In this document: piece by piece, positions 12,974-17,055 of the stretch
Layout: every line of letters starts with the position of its first letter
How positions within the stretch are numbered: the stretch's first letter is position 1
Source of the DNA: Candidatus Nanohalobium sp.
Lineage (GTDB): Archaea; Nanohalarchaeota; Nanosalinia; Nanosalinales; Nanosalinaceae
Length of the DNA stretch: 17,055 nt
NCBI GenBank assembly: GCA_042217555.1
Contig: JBDGSL010000076.1
Location: forward strand, 1 to 17,055
Direction of reading: 5' to 3'
Notes under the pieces: model-generated
What the model saw: only the letters and a program-made list of their open reading frames with translations
Databases searched by the model: none
What the model was told of the DNA's origin: nothing
Translations under genes and position numbers: made by a program

Positions 12974-15129
12974 TGGTATTCACGTGTCACGTAATCCTGG
13001 ATCTTTTCCGCGGTTTTCTCTCCTATGCCTTTGACCTTCTGCAGTTCTTCTGTATCGGCTGTGAAAATTTTTCTAACTGTTCCGAATTCTTTCAACAGTC
13101 TTTCCGCTATTTTCGTGTTTATATCGGGTATGCCGGCGACTATGAACTCCATGGTTTCTTCTGGTGTCATACCGCTTTTTGTTCCTCTGACCTGGACTTC
13201 TCTACCTTTCTGTTCCTGTTCTCTGCGGGCCATGGCTTTAAGTGTTTCTACAGTGTCTTTTTCGTTGTCTGTCCAGATTATAGGTGTTTGGTAGTCGAGT
13301 GCCAGTGAACTGAGTGCGCCTCTTATCGCCTTGGGTTCTATATCTCTATGTGTGTACAGGTTTTCTCCTTCTATGATCAGTACCGGGTTCTTGAACTGTT
13401 GAAGTTCCTGTATCTGTTCGAAAAGCCTGTTGTCTATAATTGAGTCGATGAAGTCGTCGGTTCTCTTCCTTTCTACTGCTGTTCTGTCCGATACCTGGAA
13501 GTCTGCTACGTCCAGTCTTTTCTTCTCTACTCTGATGTCGTCTCGTGCAAGCTCTTTTGCTATGGAGTTCTCCCTGTCGTCTGCGACTACCTTGACTTCT
13601 TTTTCTTCGTCTTCTTCTTGCTGTCTGCCTTCTTTGACCTTGAAGCTTTCCAGTTTTTTCTGCTTTTCCTGTATCTCATCCGAGTTTTTCAGCTCCTTCA
13701 AGGTCTTCTTCATGTTTTTCTTCTTGTGGTGTGAGCTCCAGTAGTAGCCTTCGTCTCTTGTGTCCTCTGCGATAAGGACCACTACCTCTCCTTCCTCCTG
13801 TCTACCTGTCCTTCCTGCTCTCTGGATATCTCTTACAGCTGACGGAACAGGCTCGTAGAACACTACTTTGTCCACTGCAGGGATGTCAAGCCCTTCCTCT
13901 CCTATACTGGTGGATACAAGTACGTTGTGTTTTCCTTCGTCGAACTCGCTGAGGGTTTCTATCTGTTCTTCCTGGCTCATGCCTTCGTCTCCCTGCTGCC
14001 CTATGAACTTGACGGGTTTCAGGCCTTCCTCGCTTAGTTCATCTACCAGTCTGTCGGCCGTAGACCGGTACTCTGTGAAGACTATCGCTTTCTCACTTCC
14101 TGAAAGATCTGACAGTATACTCCGTGTCTCATCTATTTTGGGATGTTCCTCGCCTTTTTTTCTCAAGTATTCAACCAGGCTTTTCGCCTTCTGCATGTCT
14201 TCATCTTCCAGTGCTCTCTTCGCGGCCTTTGAGTCATCGTTTTTCAATCCTCTTATGTATTCATGGGCCTGTGTCACGCCCTGTGTCTCAAGAAGTTCTA
14301 CTGCCTGTGAAATTTTCAAAGCTGTCGCGACGTGGGAGATAGCCGAGTAAAGCTCCGGGTCGTCAGTGGAGGAGAGCTTGGAGGATATCTCTCCTCTCAT
14401 ATTAAGTAACTGTTTCTTCTTTACGTTTGTGGAGTTCACATGACCCATCTTCTTCAGTTCTTTCAGCTGGGTTCTCCGTGCGTCCTCCATCTTCTTCTTG
14501 GCTGTTTCAAACCTGTTGTCAAGTGATACTTTCCTCCAGTCAACTTCTTTCTCCTCTATGTATGGTTCGACATCAGGGTCGTCCTCTGTTCTTATCTCGA
14601 AGTTGGTTATCTCCAGGTTCTCCGCCACCTCCAGTATCTTCTCCTTGTCTCCTCCCGGTGAAGCAGTCAGGGCTAGTTTCTGGCAGTTCATCTTCTCAGA
14701 TATGAAGTTGTACGCGTAGTCACCCGAGGCTCTGTGTGCTTCATCGAATATAAGCAGTGAAAACTCTTCTACCGGCACTTTACCTGTTATAAGGTCGTTC
14801 TCCACTATCTGAGGTGTCGCAAAGAACGCCTGTTTCTGCTTCCAGAGCTTCTCTCTTTTCGCAGGTCTTGTATCACCTGTCATGACCTGAAGCTGTTCCT
14901 CAGGCATGTCTATGAATTCTCTGAAGCTTTTCCTGTGCTGCTGTACAAGTGGTTTGGTTGGGGCCATGAAGAGCGTCTTCCCTTCTCCGAGTTTCTGGGA
15001 GGCTACCATCGCCGCGATCACAGTTTTTCCCAGTCCTGTGGGAAGTACTACGAGAGTGTTCTGGTCTCGGCTTGAGGCTGCGATAACTTCCTGATACGTC
15101 CTGGATTCTATCTTGTCGGTCTTAAGCAC
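12970..15129 (-). CDS. hef: Hef helicase-nuclease (FANCM/XPF-ERCC4 family)
   Basis: SF2 motifs R-x-YQ, LPTGLGKT, APTKPLV, DEAH, TASPG, STSIGEEGLDI and QRAGRTGR; ERCC4 nuclease D-x-RE and ADF...ERK-x-x-x-DF; tandem HhH (IPDINTK, VKGIGEK). Confidence 0.96.
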   Translation of the reverse strand: MLKTDKIESRTYQEVIAASSRDQNTLVVLPTGLGKTVIAAMVASQKLGEGKTLFMAPTKPLVQQHRKSFREFIDMPEEQLQVMTGDTRPAKREKLWKQKQAFFATPQIVENDLITGKVPVEEFSLLIFDEAHRASGDYAYNFISEKMNCQKLALTASPGGDKEKILEVAENLEITNFEIRTEDDPDVEPYIEEKEVDWRKVSLDNRFETAKKKMEDARRTQLKELKKMGHVNSTNVKKKQLLNMRGEISSKLSSTDDPELYSAISHVATALKISQAVELLETQGVTQAHEYIRGLKNDDSKAAKRALEDEDMQKAKSLVEYLRKKGEEHPKIDETRSILSDLSGSEKAIVFTEYRSTADRLVDELSEEGLKPVKFIGQQGDEGMSQEEQIETLSEFDEGKHNVLVSTSIGEEGLDIPAVDKVVFYEPVPSAVRDIQRAGRTGRQEEGEVVVLIAEDTRDEGYYWSSHHKKKNMKKTLKELKNSDEIQEKQKKLESFKVKEGRQQEEDEEKEVKVVADDRENSIAKELARDDIRVEKKRLDVADFQVSDRTAVERKRTDDFIDSIIDNRLFEQIQELQQFKNPVLIIEGENLYTHRDIEPKAIRGALSSLALDYQTPIIWTDNEKDTVETLKAMARREQEQKGREVQVRGTKSGMTPEETMEFIVAGIPDINTKIAERLLKEFGTVRKIFTADTEELQKVKGIGEKTAEKIQDYVTREYQ

Positions 15130-15155
15130 GTTCTAGTCTTGGGTAGGGAAGCTTC

Positions 15156-15665
15156 TTATTGGTACGCGAACCTGTCCCGGGGTGTCTCCATACCTTTCAA
15201 CACCCTGAAGCCTATATTGGTGACTACGAAGAAAAGCAGAGATGCTTTCACTGTGGTAGTGTTCACAGGTGTGGAGGTCTTCACCAGTATAATCGATATA
15301 TATGCCAGAGTATAGACTACTCCGGAAGAAGAGACTATAAACGCCACGGTGTCAGGCCAGCGATGGTAGAAGTTCATGTAACCTAAGAAAGCCCCTACCC
15401 CTATCAGGAAGTAGGCCGCATATCTTTCCTGCGGTGTCATGTGTGTGGTCAGAAGCATGGTCAGCCCGGTGGTAGTCCATATTATCGCGTTTCCAACTGA
15501 AGTATTCCACCCCAGCTCCTCTTTGCTGTACTTACCGAAGTATATCTCTATGACCAGAGCGCCCACTATCAGAGGCAGAACGGTCGGCAACAGCTCAGGT
15601 CTCTCAAAAGGGGTTAAGGCCAGGGTCTCAAAAGTGCTTCTGATAGTCTGCTCGTTGGTTATCAC
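15156..15665 (-). CDS. Hypothetical multi-pass membrane protein (169 aa, about five TM helices)
   Basis: Hydrophobic segments separated by a motif-like polar loop EIYFGKY-x-x-EELGWNT-x-x-GN; SD GGTGA; 12 nt downstream of the ATPase stop. Confidence 0.82.
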   Translation of the reverse strand: MITNEQTIRSTFETLALTPFERPELLPTVLPLIVGALVIEIYFGKYSKEELGWNTSVGNAIIWTTTGLTMLLTTHMTPQERYAAYFLIGVGAFLGYMNFYHRWPDTVAFIVSSSGVVYTLAYISIILVKTSTPVNTTTVKASLLFFVVTNIGFRVLKGMETPRDRFAYQ

Positions 15666-15677
15666 TTTTATTCACCG

Positions 15678-17054
15678 TTAGTCTTCGAAAGCGTCCGGTG
15701 TACCCCCCGCATGCCAGGACTTTCTCGGCCTCATCTGCACAGGGAAGATCCTCTCAGAGTTGTCATCCATCAGTATACCGGTTCCAGGCCTGTCAGGCAG
15801 CGCATCGATGTAATGGCCGATGTCATGCCGCATATAGCTCTGCATGATTTCTCCCAACGCCTCTATATCCTGTTTAGCAGTTAAACGATGTGAAAGAATA
15901 ATGTCGCACTGGGATAAGGCGTTGGAGTTAAGCTTAGCCGGCTGCTGTGTACACAGGCCGAGAGAAACACCTGGCTCCCTTCCTATCTTCACCCATCTAA
16001 GCAGCGGTTTGGTCGCAGGAGTCGTACCGTTATCAGGGATGAACTGGTGGGCCTCATCAATAAGCATCCAGACGATAGGCATTTCGTTCTCCGAGATACC
16101 TTCCATCTCATCCAGTTCCTCCATCCTCCTGGCAGCCATCCTCTGCCTCAATATCTTCTTCGCCAGCAAACCGACGACAAGGCTTCTGACAGACCAGCCT
16201 GAACTCATCTCGCCGAAGACAGACATGTCAACTACGGATATCTCTCCACGTGACGTGAACTGATCCAGGGTTGATTCCTCACCGAATATACCCCAGTCCT
16301 TCGCGTTCCTTAACCTGTTCTCCAACGCCCTCCGGGTATCCTCATCGAAATCAAACTTGTCCAATGCCTTAATCATCGTATTGATACCGTACTCATCCCC
16401 AAACCTTTCATCAAGCTTCGTAACAACCCTCTCCAGAAGGATTCCAATCTCCGAGTTCAGATCTAGGTTAAACGCCATAGCCCACTCCGTAGCAGACAGC
16501 TCTGCAGGATTCAACGTAAAAGTCTCATCGTACGGCATATCTTTCTCCTCAAAACTGTCAGTCTTACCCTCCGGAATATACACATCTATATCATACCCTC
16601 TCGGCTTCAAACCCCACTTCTCCAGTAAAGTAGAAGCACGGTCATTAGGCCTCTTCATCGACCAGTAAATACCCATAGGATCAATTAAAACAGTAGATAA
16701 GTTCTCAGAAATGTCAGAATCATGTATCTCCTCAGCTATAGTGCCAAGAGAGTAGCTGTTGTGGCTTATTATTCCCCCGAACCCTGCCGTGAAAGAGTGG
16801 TCGTTCTCAACAGTCAGGTCGTATACCCATCCTTCATAGTCTATTTTCTCGATACCTGTTACCTCATCCCAGAGAACGTCTGAAGAGGCCAGTTTCTCCA
16901 GTCTCTTGATCTCGGTCTTTGCCTCCTCCAGATCATGCTTAGCTATCTGTGTTGTGTCGGCGCCGAGATGCTCTCTTGCCTTCTGCAGCAAGTCTGCGGA
17001 AGGGACTGTGTCAACGTTCGTGTTTTCGTCTTTAACGATTTTCTCAAGTTTCTG
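15678..17054 (-). CDS. HerA/FtsK-superfamily (DUF87-type) ATPase, intein-containing, 5'-truncated by the window
   Basis: The frame stays open to the window edge. The C-extein begins SYSLGTIAEE (end of Walker A), followed by IDPMG, Walker B WMLIDEAH, GREPG and TQQP. Confidence 0.9.
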   Translation of the reverse strand, partial: QKLEKIVKDENTNVDTVPSADLLQKAREHLGADTTQIAKHDLEEAKTEIKRLEKLASSDVLWDEVTGIEKIDYEGWVYDLTVENDHSFTAGFGGIISHNSYSLGTIAEEIHDSDISENLSTVLIDPMGIYWSMKRPNDRASTLLEKWGLKPRGYDIDVYIPEGKTDSFEEKDMPYDETFTLNPAELSATEWAMAFNLDLNSEIGILLERVVTKLDERFGDEYGINTMIKALDKFDFDEDTRRALENRLRNAKDWGIFGEESTLDQFTSRGEISVVDMSVFGEMSSGWSVRSLVVGLLAKKILRQRMAARRMEELDEMEGISENEMPIVWMLIDEAHQFIPDNGTTPATKPLLRWVKIGREPGVSLGLCTQQPAKLNSNALSQCDIILSHRLTAKQDIEALGEIMQSYMRHDIGHYIDALPDRPGTGILMDDNSERIFPVQMRPRKSWHAGGTPDAFED

Positions 17055-17055
17055 C
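16758..17055 (-). mobile_element. C-terminal part of an intein inserted in the ATPase Walker A motif
   Basis: Block F/G motifs: DVLWDEV-x-x-IE...WVYDLTVE-x-x-HSF-x-AG-x-GGIISHN followed by Ser(+1). Upstream NTNVDTVP resembles the linker that follows LAGLIDADG domains in inteins. Confidence 0.93.

Noticed and set aside
12099..14719. Many long plus-strand ORFs rich in Ser/Phe/Leu (also seen opposite ksgA, ffh and the ATPase)
   Set aside because: Antisense shadows of GAA/AAA-rich real genes.
1..17055. CRISPR array, transposase, integrase, rRNA or SRP RNA
   Set aside because: No regularly spaced direct repeats or recombinase motifs were seen, and no intergenic region is both long and GC-rich enough for SRP RNA or rRNA.

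Overview
Gene-dense archaeal chromosomal region, mostly on the minus strand. The Glu/Lys-rich acidic proteins, compact genes and mostly leaderless TATA promoters suggest a halophilic DPANN archaeon such as a Nanohaloarchaeon (inferred from composition, not from a search). The left and centre hold the conserved translation/SRP neighbourhood: eL20 (rplX, missed by the ORF track), prefoldin alpha, ftsY, [insert], ffh/SRP54, [insert], phosphoesterase, pus10, rpl21e, rpoF, DUF655 and ksgA. It ends at a tRNA-Glu(CTC) interrupted by an 81-nt intron in the D-loop (position 21/22) with bulge-helix-bulge (BHB) geometry. The right part holds an intein-interrupted HerA-type ATPase (truncated by the window edge), a multi-pass membrane protein, Hef, a short DUF460 protein and an archaeosortase-family protein. 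These converge on a prepilin peptidase with a divergent wHTH regulator. The most notable oddities are: the structured non-canonical tRNA intron; the P-loop intein; a coupled pair of apparently catalytically dead enzymes (alpha/beta-hydrolase and DUF429) between ftsY and ffh; two hairpins hiding the Shine-Dalgarno (SD) sites of rpl21e and DUF655; and two small loci that read best across frameshifts.
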